From NCBI GenBank assembly GCA_033442325.1, contig JAWQFM010000001.1, forward strand, positions 604,410 to 668,409: 64,000 nucleotides of DNA. The letters run 5' to 3'. Numbering within the stretch: position 1 is the stretch's first letter; every line of letters starts with the position of its first letter. The DNA comes from Salpingoeca rosetta. Taxonomy: Eukaryota; Protista; Choanoflagellata. A program made the translations under genes and the position numbers. Below, one piece after another: positions 1 through 21,944 of this stretch. Under the pieces are notes generated by a model. It searched no databases. It saw only the letters and a list, made by a program, of their open reading frames with translations, and had not been told where the DNA came from.

Positions 1-580
1 ACGTCAGCAAGAGCCGCAATGTCTGCGACAACACTCACAGCATTGTCCTGCACACCATGATGAGCCGGGGTGAGCGCAAGCAATCATGAGCGGCAAGTGT
101 GCATGCAACAGCAGCTCCAACCAGTTGGCTGTGCCAATCCAAGCATCAATCAGCATGGGACTCACATCAGTGCACGTCCGCAGGAGGTGTTCGAGGTGTT
201 CTTCATACCCAACACGTGTTTGGTCAGGGTAGTGCTCATGCAAGCTGCTCATCGCCTGTGCACGTGTGGGTACGTGTGGGTATGTGTGGCTACGTGTGAG
301 CACAACGTCAAGGAGTACGTGAAGACCAGAAGCATGACTGCAGATCCAGTTGCAGGCAGGCAGGCAGGCAGAGAGGCAGAGAGGAAGAGAGGTAGAGAGG
401 CAGAGAGGAAGAGAGGAAGAGAGGTAGAGAGGCAGAGAGGCAGAGAGGAAGAGAGGTAGAGAGGTAGAGAGGAAGAGAGCGAGGCAGACACAGACACACA
501 GACACGCAGACACGCAGACACACAGACACACAGACACACTCACAGGCACGCAGACACGCAGACACACACACACACACACA

Positions 581-617
<37 letters not shown>

Positions 618-949
618 GCATGCAAAAGGACCTTGCTTAGGTGACGCCGTGACATGCCGGAAACGATCATGTGCAGGCCGACGAGCGCAGAGACAATGTG
701 GGCAAACGCATTGTCGCTGGTGTTGGCCGCAGCCTGCAAGCGCTGCTGTCGCACATCGCCTTTGCCTCCCTTGATGACGTTGTGCAGGTCCACGTACCAG
801 CTCTGTGCCACAGCTTCAATGTGCTTTCGGCTGGGCGTGTCCCCGCCCTCCAGCACAGCGGTTCGCAGCGTCTTGGTGATCAGCGGCCAGTGGCTGGTGC
901 TGCTGCTCGATTCAAGAGCCCGCACATGTTCGTGCACACGTGCCAACAT
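1..949 (-). CDS. Hypothetical protein, 5' part (runs off window start)
   Basis: ATG at 949, coding-like exon MLARVHEHVRALE...RRHLSK, GT donor near 631, microsatellite intron, phase-0 acceptor near 256 giving AMSSLHEHYPDQTRVGYEEHLEHLL. No family recognised. Confidence 0.55.
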
Positions 950-1001
950 CTTCTTGGTTGTTGGCTTGCTTGCTTTTGCTTGGTTGGTTGGCTGGTTTTG
1001 T

Positions 1002-1003
<2 letters not shown>

Positions 1004-1090
<87 letters not shown>
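1004..1090. repeat. (GT)n microsatellite
   Basis: Perfect dinucleotide run, representative of dozens in the window. Confidence 0.95.
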
Positions 1091-1092
<2 letters not shown>

Positions 1093-1563
1093 TGTTGCGA
1101 GAGACAGAGAGAGAGATGGAGAGAGATAGAGAGAGAGTGTGTGTGTGTGTCGTGTGTAGTGTGTGTGCAGGCGCGTGCGAGTTCCCCCTCTACTCACGCT
1201 CTGTTTCGCGCTGAGCTCACTGACCGCACACCACGATATTCCAATGATAGCACCACAAAGAGAACACAAACACAAGCAAACGCCATGAATGCACGGTCTC
1301 CCATCATGAGCAAGCAAGCAAACAAACAAGCAATAGCCCGCGATCATCATCATCATCATCATCACCACCACCACCACCACCAACCCACCCACCCTCCTTT
1401 CCCCACGCGTTTCTCTGCGAATTGCAACCAGCGAAAGTCCAAGCCAGCCACAATCATGCACGCACACCCACACGCACACACACACACACACAACACACAT
1501 TGCCTGGGAAAAGCTGCTCTCTCCCTCTGCCTCGCTCCCCTGCCTCCTCCCTCTCTCTTCTCA

Positions 1564-4500
1564 TCAGCTGGCGAAGATGTTCTTGGTAAAGTGGCTGTAG
1601 TCGAGGGCACCCGCAACCTCCCTGCCGCTCTCGTCCACATATGCGGGCATGTGGCGCGTGCAGTAGTCCACTTGGTCGGGCGTGAGCACGGAAGAGAGGT
1701 CGTCCACAGTCACATACGGCTTGCTGCCCGCGGCGGCCCGGAACGCGTTGATCACCTCGTTGGACGACTCCACGTTCTCCGTCGCGCGGCTGATCATAAA
1801 CGCCATAAACTCCGCCTGCGACACGCGCCCGTCCATGTTCGGGTCAACCGTGCGCAGAATCGCCTCAAACTCAGGGTCAGCCTCGCCCTCCTCAACAACC
1901 TCCAGCGTGGAGTAGCCGAGACTGCGCAGGCACGACTTGAACTCCTGATGGTCAAGGAAGCCAGACCCGTCCTTGTCAAAGTAGCGGAAGGTGTCTGTAA
2001 ACTCCTTCATCTGCTCCTCAGAGACGCCCGTGGCGTTCTTGGCCTGGATTTGCTGCTCCAGGTTGTGCTGCATGCGCATGCCAAGCTGCTCCAGCTGGTC
2101 CCACTGCTGCGCCAGCCCAACCGTCGAGTGTTCTGTGTACTTGTTGTCCAGAATCAGGTTCTCCTCCATGCGCGCCCCGAGGTCCTCAATCGTCTTGAGC
2201 GTGCTCTTCTTCTGCTGCACCTGCTCGTAATAGTGCTGCGTCGCCTCCAGCTGCTCCTCCAGCGTGCCCGTGCCCTCAACCAGCTTTGCGCGCGTGCTCA
2301 CCAGCCACGCGTTGAACTCGTTGGCGTGCTTGGCAAACTTGCGCCTAAAATCGTCGTTCTCCTCCTGCCGCTTCATCTCTGCTTGAAGGTCCTTCGTGCG
2401 CTCCTCAATCGCCGCCTGCAGGCTGTCCCAAGACTCCTGCAGCGTGTCCACGGTGAACCACGTGTACGGGTTGGGCGCCTGCGTGTACGACGCAATGCGC
2501 TGGTTGAGCATGCGCAGCTCCTCAAAGTCCGACTCAGCCGAGCTCAGCGACTGGATGAAGCGCGAGTGGTGGTCGGCGAGGGCGCGAATCTCCTCTAGCG
2601 AGTTGACGCGCACGGGGTCTGTGAGGTCCTCCTCTGCATTCTCCAGCCATGAGTTGAGCTGGGACGCCTTCTTGGCAAACTCAAGGAACAGCTTGTCAAT
2701 GTCCTTGAACGTCGTCTGCGTCTTCACCAGCATTTTCTGCACCGCGAAACGGAACCCAAGGCGGGTGGGTGTTGATGGGTGAGAAGAAGGGATGGGATGG
2801 GATGGATGGATGGATGGATGGATGGATGGATGGATGGATGGATGGATGGATGGATGAGCAAGGGAGGAGAAAACAAAGCGCACGCACACGCACAAACAAA
2901 CAAACAAGTACACACACAACCACAACAAACAAACAAACAAACAAACAAACAAACAAACAAACAAACAAACAAACAAACAAACAAACAAGCAGCGGGGGAT
3001 GGTAAAGGTGGCACACGCACCCTGCGGTTGGCGGCGGTGTCCAGGAGTTGCTGCCACTGCGAGAGAACAGACGTCCGCAGTGCATCAATGTCAGCAGAGT
3101 GCGTGTTCTTGTTCGCCTTGAGCTGCTCTGCCATGGCCTTGAAGGCATCGACGCGTGGCTGGAACAGCGACACGGAGCTGTCAAACGCGTCCTGCTTGTT
3201 CAGCAGCGCCTGCACAGCTGTCAGGTCCTTTCCAAAGTCGTTCAGCTCCTCCGGCGACATGGTCTTGTCCTTGATCCACGCCTGGATCGACTCCGCCTCG
3301 CGCGTGCACCGCAGAAACTCAAGGCGGTCACCAAGCGCGGCCTTGCGCTCGGCAGAGGCGTGCGTCAGCTCCTGCAGCGCCTCCTCCAGGCGCACCATGC
3401 TCTCTCGAATCTCGGCAGCCTGGTAGTTGCCCGCATCAACGAGCGAGCGCCCGCTGGTCAGCAGCTCCTGCACGCGCTGCTTGTGGTCGCCCAGGTCAAC
3501 CTCAAACGCGTCGTGCTTCTTCGACAGCGCCTGCGCACCGGAGAGCGTCTCAATGGTGTCCACGCTCGTCATCATCGCCTGCTTCTCGTTGATCCACGAC
3601 TCCTCCTCGTCAACGTCCGCCCGCAGCCGCTGGAACGCAAGCGCCTCCTGCAGCTTGGCCCCGCGCGCCCGGCTCTGCGCCTGCAGGCTCGTCCAGTCCT
3701 GCTCCAGCTGCGTGCGGCGCTCGGCAATGGTGTCCGCGGCGTAGTGGCCCGCGCTCACCAGGTCGGCGGCCGCATCCAGCACGCCGCGCACCTTGCCCTC
3801 GTGCGCCTGCACCTCCTCCTCAAAGTGCTCGTGCTTCTTCTGCAGGTTCTGCACGCCGGTGAGGTCCTTGCCAAAGTCCTCCGACGCCGCGGCGCGCGCC
3901 TTCTCCTTGATCCACGCCTGCTCGTCGTCAATGTCGCGCAGAATCTTCTGCAGCTGCAGCGACGCCTGCAGCTGCGTGCGGCGCTGCGTGGCCAGCTCCT
4001 GCACCGCCGCATACCGCGCAGCAATCTGCTCCCGCCGCGCGCGGATGTTGTCGGCATCAAAGTGGCCCGCGTCCACGAACGCCTGCGCCTGCTGGTTCAC
4101 CTCCTCAATGCGCGCCTGGTGCGAGGAGATGTCTGCCTCCACCAGCTCGTGCTTCTTCAGCAGGCTCTGCACCGCGGGTAGGTCCTTGCCCAGGTCGCGT
4201 GAGGAGAGCTGCAGCTCAACCTCAGACAACCAAAAGTCCACGTCCTCCAGCCCAATGTTGAACTGCTGCAGGTTCTCCGCGTCCCGGAGTTTCTGCGTCT
4301 TGTCCTCCGACTGGGTGCACAGCTCCCGCCACGCGCGCTCAAGCTCGGCGATGCGCTCCGAGATGGGCGTGGCGTGGTCCGGGCTCTCCCCAATCAGCCG
4401 CTTCCCGTCGTTGATCACGGAGAAGATGCGGCCCTCGTTGGCCGTCACCTCCGCGTGGAACGTTTGGTGCTTCTGCACCTTGCCCTGGATGTTGCTTGGG

Positions 4501-6273
4501 TCGCGGTACGACGGGTCGGCCGCCACCTGCTGCCGCTCCGCCATCCATGCCTCAGCCTCGTCTGCGTCCCGGTAGAACTGCTGCACCTTCATGGCTTGCT
4601 CCAGGCGCTTGCCGCGCGCGTCAGACAGCTCCAGCAGGTGCTCCCACCGCGCGCTCACGGCGTGCTTGCGGTCGGAGATGGCCAGGGCGTCGTAGTGCTC
4701 CTGGGCAACCAGGCGGTCCGCCTCCGCAGTCACCTCCTGCACCTTCTCCTTCTGCGCCGCCAGGCTGTTCTCAAACTCGGCGTGCTTCTTCTGCATGGCC
4801 TCCACGCCGTCCAGCGTGCTGCCGACATCGTCGCTCTCCAGCGGGCCCTCGCGCGTCGTGATCCACGCCTCCACTTGCTCGGCCATGCGCTTGAACGCCT
4901 GCAGCTCCGCGCACTGCTCCAGTTGCTGCCGCCGGCCCTGCATCGCCTGTGCCAGCGCCTCTGTGCTGCTCCTCACGGCGTCCAGTCGCTCCTGGATGTC
5001 GCCTGATTTGCTGTGGCCCTGCTGCACCAGCTTCTCGCCAAACTCGCGCAGGCGGGCCAGCTCCTCCTGCCGCGCGTCAATCTCCGTCTGCACGTCCTGG
5101 TGCCGCTTCAGCAGGCCGTCTGCGCTTGCCGGGTCGTTTGCCAGCTCCGTTGCAGAGGCAAGCGTCTGCATGCTCGCCAGCCACGCCGCCAGGTCCCGCT
5201 GCTCGCTCAGGAACTGCTGGTAGCTCAGCGCCTCTGCAAGCGCGTCCTTGCGCACGGCCGCCTTGTCCTGCAGCGCCTGCCAGCCCTGGTCCACCTCCGC
5301 CAGCTTGGCGCGCACGCCCTCGGCCTTGCTCGGCTGCGCCGTGCTCAGGCGCTCTGCCTCTGCGCGCAGCTCGGCAACCTTTCCTTCCAGCGCCTGCAGG
5401 TCGCGCATGGCCGCCTCGTGCTTGCGCTGCAGGGCCTCCACGCTGGCGACGTCCTTGCCATAGTCCTCAGAGGAGAGTACAACGTCCTTCTCGTTGAAGC
5501 GCGCCTTGGTTTCGTCCACGTCGCGGTTGAAGCGGTGCACCTCCTGTGCCGCCAGCAGCGCGTCCCGCCGCTGTGTTGCCAGCGCCTGCAGGGCCGCCCA
5601 GCGCTCGTTCAGCGCCGTGCGCCGCTTCTCAATCGCCGCCGCCTGGGAGTGCCCGCTCTTCACCAGCGTATCCGCAAGCTTGTTCGCCACCTGCAAGCGG
5701 GACTCGTTGGCCGTCAGGTCCTTGACAAAGTCGTCAAACTTCTTCTGGATGCTCTCGTTGTGCTCCAGGTCTGCGCCCACGTCCTCCTGGGCAGCCACGG
5801 CCTCACGCGTGTTCATCCACGACTCCACCTCGTCCAGCTCGCGGTTGAACTGGAACAGCTGCTGCGTCTCCTCCAGCCGCTTGCGCCGCGCCGCCGCCGC
5901 CTCAATCAGCTGCGTGTACTGCGACTCCAGCGCGTTCTGTCGCTCCGTCACAGCAGCAATAACCTCGGGGTCCGCACGCTTCTGCTGTCCCTGTGCTCGC
6001 GAGCCAGTCGACTGCTGTGCTTGCTGCTGCTGCTGCTGCTGCTGCTGCTGTGCTTGTTCAGGGCCCACCTCTGCGACAACTTCGCGCAGGAAGGCCGCTG
6101 GAACAAAGCCAACGCGCCCGTCCTTCTCGCAGCGCCACCAATCTGCAGAGTCCTTGGACACCAGTGCAATAATCTCGCCCTTCTGGACAGACAGCTTCTT
6201 TGGATCCGCCTTCGCATCGAACGTGTGCTTGGCCTTGACACGCTTCTTCGACTTGGCCTTGGGTGTGGCTGGT

Positions 6274-6304
<31 letters not shown>

Positions 6305-9300
6305 CTTGCTGGTCTTGCTGCTGCAGCTGATCGGCTTCTGCCGCGTCGGGAACATAAACGTGCTGGCACTTGCGGCAGTCCTCGGCCAAACGCTCAATGT
6401 CACCCTTGTACGCGCGCAGGTCCTGCTCGACCACCTCGTGCTTCTTCAGCAGGCCCTGTGCGCTGTCCTCGTCCTTGCCAAAGTTGTCGTTTGTGACCAC
6501 GGGCTCCTTCTCCGCCATCCACGCCTGCGCCTCGTTGGCGTCTGCCAGGTACTGCTGCACCTGCAGGGCGTGGTCCAGCGCCACGGTCCGTTGCTGCGCC
6601 GTGCTGTTCAGCGCGCGCCACCGCTGCAGCAGCTCGTCGCGGTGCTGGCGCACTTGTTCCGCAGCGTAGTGCCCGCCAGCCACCAGCTGCTGCGCCGTCT
6701 TCTCCACATCCTGGATGTGCGACTTTCGGCCCGTGAGCTCGGCCAGAAGCGCGTTGTGCTTCTTCTGCAGGCTCTGCACGGAGGTGAGGCTGCTGCCCGT
6801 GTTGGTGGACGCGGCAAGGGGCTCCTTCTCCTTGATCCAGGACAGCTCGTCGTCGAGCGTGCGCAGGAACATCTGCAGCTGCAACGACTCCTCGAGCTGC
6901 TGCTTGCGGCGCTGCATGGGCTGCGTGAAGGCGTTGTAGCGCGTGGTGAGCGCCTGCTCGCGCGCCTGGATGGCCTCCGCCTGGAAGTTGCCTGCGTCCA
7001 TCATCTCCTTTGCCTGCCGCTGGATGGCCTCCAGCCGCTCCTGGTGGCCCGCCACGTCCGCTTCCAGCAGCTGGTGCTTCTTGATGAGGTTCTTGACGGA
7101 GCTGAGGTCGCGGCCAAGGTCCTCCGATGCGAGCGCTTTCTCCACGTCCTTGCACCACCCGTCCATGTCGTCCACGCGGCGGCTGAACTCCTGGTGCTGG
7201 TGCGCCTCCTCCAGGCGCTGGCCCTTGGTGTCAGACTCCTCTTGCAGCGTGGCCCACTGGTTGCCCAGCTCCCGCTGCCGCTGCTCAATGTAGTCCGTGG
7301 CGTAGTGGCCCTGCTGCACCAGCTGCGCGCCGGCGTCCTGCACGGCTGTCACGCGGCTCTCGTTGGCCTGCAGCTCCGCCTTGAACGCCTCGTGGTTCTT
7401 GATCTTCCCGCGCAGGTTGGTCGGGTCCTTGTACGCGCCGTCTGTGGCGGCCTGCAGCTTTTCCTTCATCCACGCCTCGGCCTCGTCTGCGTCGCGCTTG
7501 AACTCCTGCAGCTGCTTGGACGCCTCGAGCTTCGTGCGCCGCTCTGCTGCGGCCTTGACCAGCGCCGCCCGTCGCTCCAGCACGGCGTCGCACCGCGCCT
7601 GGATCTCCGCGGCCTGCGAGTGGCCCTCCGTTGCCAGGCGCGCGGCCGCCTGCTGCAGCGCCGCTGTCTTCTCCTCGTGCGCTGCGAGCGACTTTTCAAA
7701 GTCGTCGTGCTTCTTCAGCAGCGCGTCCACCGTGTCCAGGGAATCGCCCAGGTCCTCTGTGCGCAGGGCAGACTCGCGCGACGCCAGCCAGGACTCCACC
7801 TGCTCCGTGTCGCGCAGGAACACCTGCATGGCGCGGGCCTCCTCAAACTCGTGCTGCCTGCGCTTCCACAGCTCGTCCAGCGCCGCCCGCTCGCCCTTGA
7901 GCGCGTCCAGCCGCTGCTTCACCTCCTCTGCGGCGTAGTGCCCGCGCAGGATGAGGCGCGACCCAAACTCCTCCACGGCGTTAAAGTTTGCCTGGCGCGC
8001 CTGCAGCTCGTCGTGGCGCTCCTGGTGCCGCTGCAGCAGCGCGTCGGCGCCGGCAACGTCCCGCACCGTCTCCTCCACAGACATGAGCGACGTCATGTCG
8101 GCAATCCAGGACGTGGAGCTCTGCAGGTCGTTGAGGAACCGCTGCAGGTCGTGTGCGTCGTCGAGCTTGGTCTTGCGCTGGCGGGCGGCGCTGCTCAGCT
8201 GCTCCCAGTGCTGCGACACGGCGTCGCGCTTGGTCCGCACGTCCCCGGCGCTGTCGGGGAAGGCCGTGCACAGGCGGCGAGCGTCGTCGCTCAGGCTGGC
8301 CACGCTGTCACCGAGCGCAGCCAGGTCGCGCGTGAACACCTCGTGTTTGCGCTGCAGGGCCTCCACGCTGGCGAGGTCTTTGCCGTAGTCCTCTGTGGAG
8401 AGCATGGCCATCTTCTCGCTGATGCGGCTGTCGATTTCGTCGGCGTCGCGGTTGAAGGCGTGGATCTGCTTGGCGTTGCTCAGCAGCTCGTGCCGCTGCG
8501 CCGCCTGCTTCTTCAGCGCAGCCCACGCGTCGTTGATCGCCTGGTGTACCGTGCACAAGAGGGATGTGAGTTGTTGTTTAAGTTGGTGTTGTTGTTGTTT
8601 AAGTTGGTGTTGTTGTTGTTTAAGTTGTTGATGTTGTTGATGTTGGTGGTGATGGTGGTGACGGTGGAACGAGTGTTCTTGGTGAGGGTGACGCGTGGCA
8701 AGGCACGGTTTGATGGATTGTGGGGTGAACGGACACTCTAACAAAAGAACCGCTTGTGGTGTGAAGCGTACTGCAAGCACACACGTACATGCATGGAGCA
8801 TCACAAACAGATCAGCGCAGTCAGATGTACGCACCTGCTGGCGCTGTTGAATAAACGTTTGCTCTGGATGGCCTTGGCGAATGAGGTCAACGGCCATCTT
8901 GTTCACGGCGTCCACGCGCACGTCACTGGCAGTCAAATCGTTGGTGAAATCGTCAAATTTCTTCTGCAGCATGCCCACGTGCTCCAGGTCCTTGCCCACA
9001 TCTTTGGAGCTGGCAATCTCGGCCTGCGCACGCGGTGTTGTCACACCGAAACACCGAGGTTGTGGTTGATACAAGCAAGGAAGCAAAGGAGGAAATGGGA
9101 ATGAAAGGAAAGACGCAGGTCATTGTACAGACAGGGAGAGGGAGAGGGAGCGTGCATGTGAGCATGTGTGTATGTGCGTGTGCGTGTGCATGTGTGAGCA
9201 TGTGTGAATGTGTGTGAGTGTGTGTGTGAGTGTGTGAGTGTGTGAGAGTGTGCGAGTGTGTGTGTGTGTGAGCATGTGTGAGTGAGTGAGCGAGTGAGTG

Positions 9301-10844
9301 TGTGTGTGTGAGACGGCGGTTGTAGTTGCGAGATTTTAAAATGCAGGACGCAGAGCAAAACTGGAGCACAGGAGAGACATAGATACACCCACAGCTACGA
9401 GCACAGCCAAGTAGCCCACAAGCATGAATGCACCGCAAACCAAAGGCAGAGCAAGCAAGACTCGTCCCACCCTCAGCTCACCTTGCTTTGAATCCAAGCG
9501 TCGACCTCGTCCACCTCGCGCTTGAAGGCGAGGAGAGCCTGCGCCTCTTGCAGCTTGCGTGCCTTGAGCTTGCTGCGTTCGAGCAGAAGCGCCCACTGTT
9601 CCTCCACAAACTCGATTTTGGCGGCAATGGCGTCAGCGGCGTAGTGGCCGTGGTTGATCAGTTCATGCCCGGAGAGCTTGACTGTGGACAGCGCGTTCTC
9701 GTTGGCGTGTATCTCGGCCTCAAACGTCTTGTGTTTCTTGATTTTTGCCTGTGGGTGTGTGTCAGCATGCCAATGATAAGCTTGGTGAGGGACGAGGTGG
9801 CGTGACACCGACCAGCAAGCATGCCGTTGCACAAAACCAAGCTTGGGCTTGCCCAGGGCACGTGTATGCACGCAAAACAAAACAAAACACCGGGGCACCC
9901 ACTGACAGACCTCAAGTGAGCCACATGCATATCGACACACAGTACACACTCATACAGACAGAGGCAAAAACAAAAAAAAAATACACGCATGCACACACAG
10001 ATGTACGCACACAAACATATGCACACACAAGTCTCTACATGTGCACACACAAGTATATACACGTGTACACACACACACACACGCACACGGTATACACGAC
10101 ACCACCTGCAGGTTGGTTGGGTCCTTGTGGGCCTCCTCTGAGGCGATTTTGAGCCTGCTGGCAATCCATGCCTCAAGCTCCTCACAGTTTCGGTTGAACT
10201 GCTGGAGCTTCTTGCTGTCTTGAAGCTTGGCGCGGCGCTGTGCGGCCACTTCCTTGAACTCGGACCATCGCTTCAGCACAGCCTGTCTTCTGGCGGCAAT
10301 CTGCTCCACGCTGCCCAGCAAGCTTACCGTACTGGAAGCAATCTGCACGCCAGGCAAACGGCGGGTGAGTGGTACAAGTATTGTGTTGTGCTTTTGGTGT
10401 TGCTTGTTGTTGTTGGTGCTTGTTGCTGTTGTTGGTGCTTGCTGTTGTTGCTGTTGTTGTTGCTTGTTGTTGTTGGTGGTGCTTGTTGCTGTTGTTGTTG
10501 CTTGTTGTTGTTGGTGCACGTCAACGACTGTTGTGATGTGGCGAGTGAAAGTGGGAACTCAACAAGCGTTCAGAAGGCGAGTCGCAAGCACACCCCACCG
10601 AGCACGGCAGAAACGTGGCGCGCCACACAAAACCAACAAGCACGCACACGAAGCACGCACCACAACAAAGCCCACACCACAACAAAGCCCACACCACAAC
10701 AAAGCCTGCACAACAAAAGCATACACGAAGCGGTGCATCCCTCCACCCTCCCCCTTTCCTTCAACGAACCGCTTCTCTTTCGGACGCAGTTTCACTGGCG
10801 ACTGGCTGGCCTGGTGTGGCCGCCGTGCTTTCCTTCTCGCTCAT
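1564..10844 (-). CDS. SPTAN1: Alpha-spectrin (spectrin repeats, central SH3, C-terminal EF-hands)
   Basis: Exons 10844-10770, 10342-10106, 9748-9482, 9023-8835, 8540-3021, 2736-1564, all phase-consistent GT-AG. N-terminal [12 protein letters not shown]...KDPTNLQ matches the alpha-spectrin tetramerisation start. Many W...DLGxDLxxVxxLxKKH repeats, SH3 ([18 protein letters not shown]), EF-hand [21 protein letters not shown], and [17 protein letters not shown]. The first exon is the least certain. Confidence 0.96.
2790..2987. repeat. (GGAT)n and (CAAA)n microsatellites in the last spectrin intron
   Basis: Directly visible tetranucleotide runs. Confidence 0.95.
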
Positions 10845-11072
10845 GGTGGATGGCGGTCAACTGCCGTCGTTGTGTTTGCTTTGCCTCCTTCGCTGCTGTG
10901 AGCGACAAAACAACAGACAAGCGATAATTGATGGAAGGTATTGCTATTTGTCCAAACGTCGTGTGGGAAGAAGAAGGAAAGAAAGGAAGACGCACACCAC
11001 ACCACAGCACACCACACTACCACACCACACGACAAACCGCAAACAACCCCCCCCCCCCTCTTCCAAACACAC

Positions 11073-12317
11073 ATGGCGGACGACATTGGACCAGCGCTGC
11101 CGCCGCACTTGGCAGCAGTGAGGCGCACACAGCGAAGCCCGGACCGGCAACAAGGCAGCGCCGTGGGCCCCGCGCTGCCGCCACATTTGGCTGCAAGCCA
11201 CCAACACCAACACGCGGGCGCGGACGATCGCAGTGGCCATGATGACGTTGTGGGCAGCGATGAGCGACGGCGGCGTCACCGCAGTTCGTCGTCGCCGTCC
11301 AGAGGCAAGCACAAAAAACACAAGAAGAAGCACAAGAAGAAACACAAGAAGAAGAGCAGCAAGAAGCGGCGACACAGCGACAGCGAAAGCGACGATGACC
11401 GCAGCTCCGACAGCCACGCAGCCCGCCACCACACATCCAAGCCGGAAGACTCGAGAATAGCAGACGCAAGATCAACGGGGCCGGAACCATCACGCGAGAC
11501 ACCGGATGCGCTAGACCAAGATCAACAGCAGCACGGTGCCCGCCGTGCTGTAGGTCCACAGCTGCCACCGCACCTGCTTGCCCAACAGGAAGCGGCTGAT
11601 AACACGGACAACGACAAGGAAGCACATGCTTTGCTGACGAGCAGCAACACACGCAACACAGCTGGTGCAGGAGCTTCCACCGCCGGTGGCGAAGATGACG
11701 ACGGCGACGATGATGATGACGATGACGAGATGGGTCCGATGCCAGCGAGCGCACAGGAGATGGCGCAGGCAGAGCTGGAGTCGATCCGCCGTGGCTTTGA
11801 TGAATGGGATCAGGTGGCGCACGAGAAGACGATGCTTGCCAAGTATGGCGCCAAGCCACAGCGCGAGGACTGGATGACGGAGCTGCCAGAGCGCCACCGC
11901 AAGAACTTTGGCGTGACGAACCGTACGTTCAAGCGGCACTACGGCTCGACGGACGACGGCAGCAGCTGGACCGCGACACCCAACGCAGAAGGCAAGCGCG
12001 TGCCGAAGCCAGCCAAGTTTGACCCCGCGCTGAAGGGCCGGATGAAGACCAAGGCGGAGGTGGAGCGCGCAGAGGAGGTGCGCGAGAAGGTGCAGGAGTT
12101 CAACCAGGCGCGGCGCAATGAGTCCCTCATGGATATGCACATGCGCAAGCAGAAGAAGGCCAAGCAGCAGCGCGACCCAGATGCCATGCCCAGCGGCCGC
12201 GTGCGCTTTGACCGCGAGCGGGACCTGCTCTCCAGCAACGTCAGCCAGTCTGCACGTGATCGCATGATCAAGAAGGCCGCAGGGTTCCACAGCCGCTTCA
12301 CCACGGGATCCTCCTAG
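11073..12317 (+). CDS. GPALPP1: GPALPP motif-containing protein 1 (DUF3752 family), intronless
   Basis: Repeated IGPALPPHL/VGPQLPPHL motifs, Lys-rich tract, REDWMTELP, SSWTATP, RNESLMDMH and RFDRERDL motifs. Confidence 0.88.
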   Translation: MADDIGPALPPHLAAVRRTQRSPDRQQGSAVGPALPPHLAASHQHQHAGADDRSGHDDVVGSDERRRRHRSSSSPSRGKHKKHKKKHKKKHKKKSSKKRRHSDSESDDDRSSDSHAARHHTSKPEDSRIADARSTGPEPSRETPDALDQDQQQHGARRAVGPQLPPHLLAQQEAADNTDNDKEAHALLTSSNTRNTAGAGASTAGGEDDDGDDDDDDDEMGPMPASAQEMAQAELESIRRGFDEWDQVAHEKTMLAKYGAKPQREDWMTELPERHRKNFGVTNRTFKRHYGSTDDGSSWTATPNAEGKRVPKPAKFDPALKGRMKTKAEVERAEEVREKVQEFNQARRNESLMDMHMRKQKKAKQQRDPDAMPSGRVRFDRERDLLSSNVSQSARDRMIKKAAGFHSRFTTGSS

Positions 12318-12592
12318 TTGTGCTTTTCTCCCTCGCTTGTCTGTCTGTCTGTCTGTTTCTTAGGTTGATTCATGTCATGTTGTCACATCAAATGTCACCA
12401 CGTTATTACATTGTGTGATGATGTGACGTGACACGTGTCACGCATAAACGCATATTGAGGCCCCTTCTTGCTTGCAAAGCTGGAAAGCTGTGGGACTGTG
12501 CGGGGTGGGAGGGGGGGAGAGACAAGAGGTGAGGGACGCCACAACACATCACGTCAATGTCTCATCACAACTCAAACTCCACACACCCACCC

Positions 12593-12664
<72 letters not shown>

Positions 12665-12727
12665 ACACACACATACACACACACACACACACAGCGAGTT
12701 TTCCCCAATAAAGTCAGGGAACACACA

Positions 12728-12793
<66 letters not shown>

Positions 12794-13215
12794 GGGCTGC
12801 ATTTTATGCTGTTTTCCCACCTGCGGACACGGCGCTGAAACGTGCGCTTGTTGTTGTGTGGTGGTGGTGTGTTGTGGTTGTGGTTGCAGTCAGCCAGCCA
12901 GCCAGTGGTGGGTGTCATTGTTGTTGTGTTGCTGACCTCCACACCACCCTGCAGCCGACACACATCCCATACACACACGCATACGCACACATATGCACGC
13001 ATACGCACAGGTGTTCATCAACTTGCCGCTTGTTTCACTCGTTGCGAGACCTCACGCTGTCTTTGCCTCTCTGTCGTTGTTTGGGGTTGTTGCTGTATCG
13101 TTGTAACGTGACGATCACTTCACATTACGCGAACGCGTAGAGTGGCTGGCGCATCTCTCGGGTGGTGGCATTGTCGTTGGCCTGCGTTAGCAGAGATTGC
13201 CACCCACCCACCAGC

Positions 13216-21522
<8,307 letters not shown>

Positions 21523-21559
21523 GCACCGCTGATGGCTCGTGGTGTTCGCAATCAGTGTG

Positions 21560-21600
<41 letters not shown>

Positions 21601-21721
21601 GTGTGTTTGTGCGGATGTGTGTAGGTGTGCGCGTGTGTGCGTGAATGTGAATTTGTGCATACCTGTGTGTTGATCTCGGCAGTGTGGAAGAGGCAGTGGC
21701 ATGGATTTGTGTGCGCGCATT

Positions 21722-21753
<32 letters not shown>

Positions 21754-21944
21754 ACATTCTCGTTCACGGTGTCGCTGTGTGTAATGAGCTTAGGCCTCGA
21801 TTTTATTCAACTTGCTATGAAACAGATGTAATTGTACAGCCGCAATATGGTGTGAATCAGCAGTATGGGAAAGCACAACGCAAAGCACACCCGAGCCTAT
21901 CGTGTGATCTCAATCAGCAGCAACATGCAGACACCGCGTCGGTG

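Noticed and set aside
940-8741. Long plus-strand ORFs (940-2598, 5013-8741 and others) opposite spectrin
   Set aside because: Antisense shadows of a GC3-rich coding strand, with Leu/Arg-rich motif-less translations.
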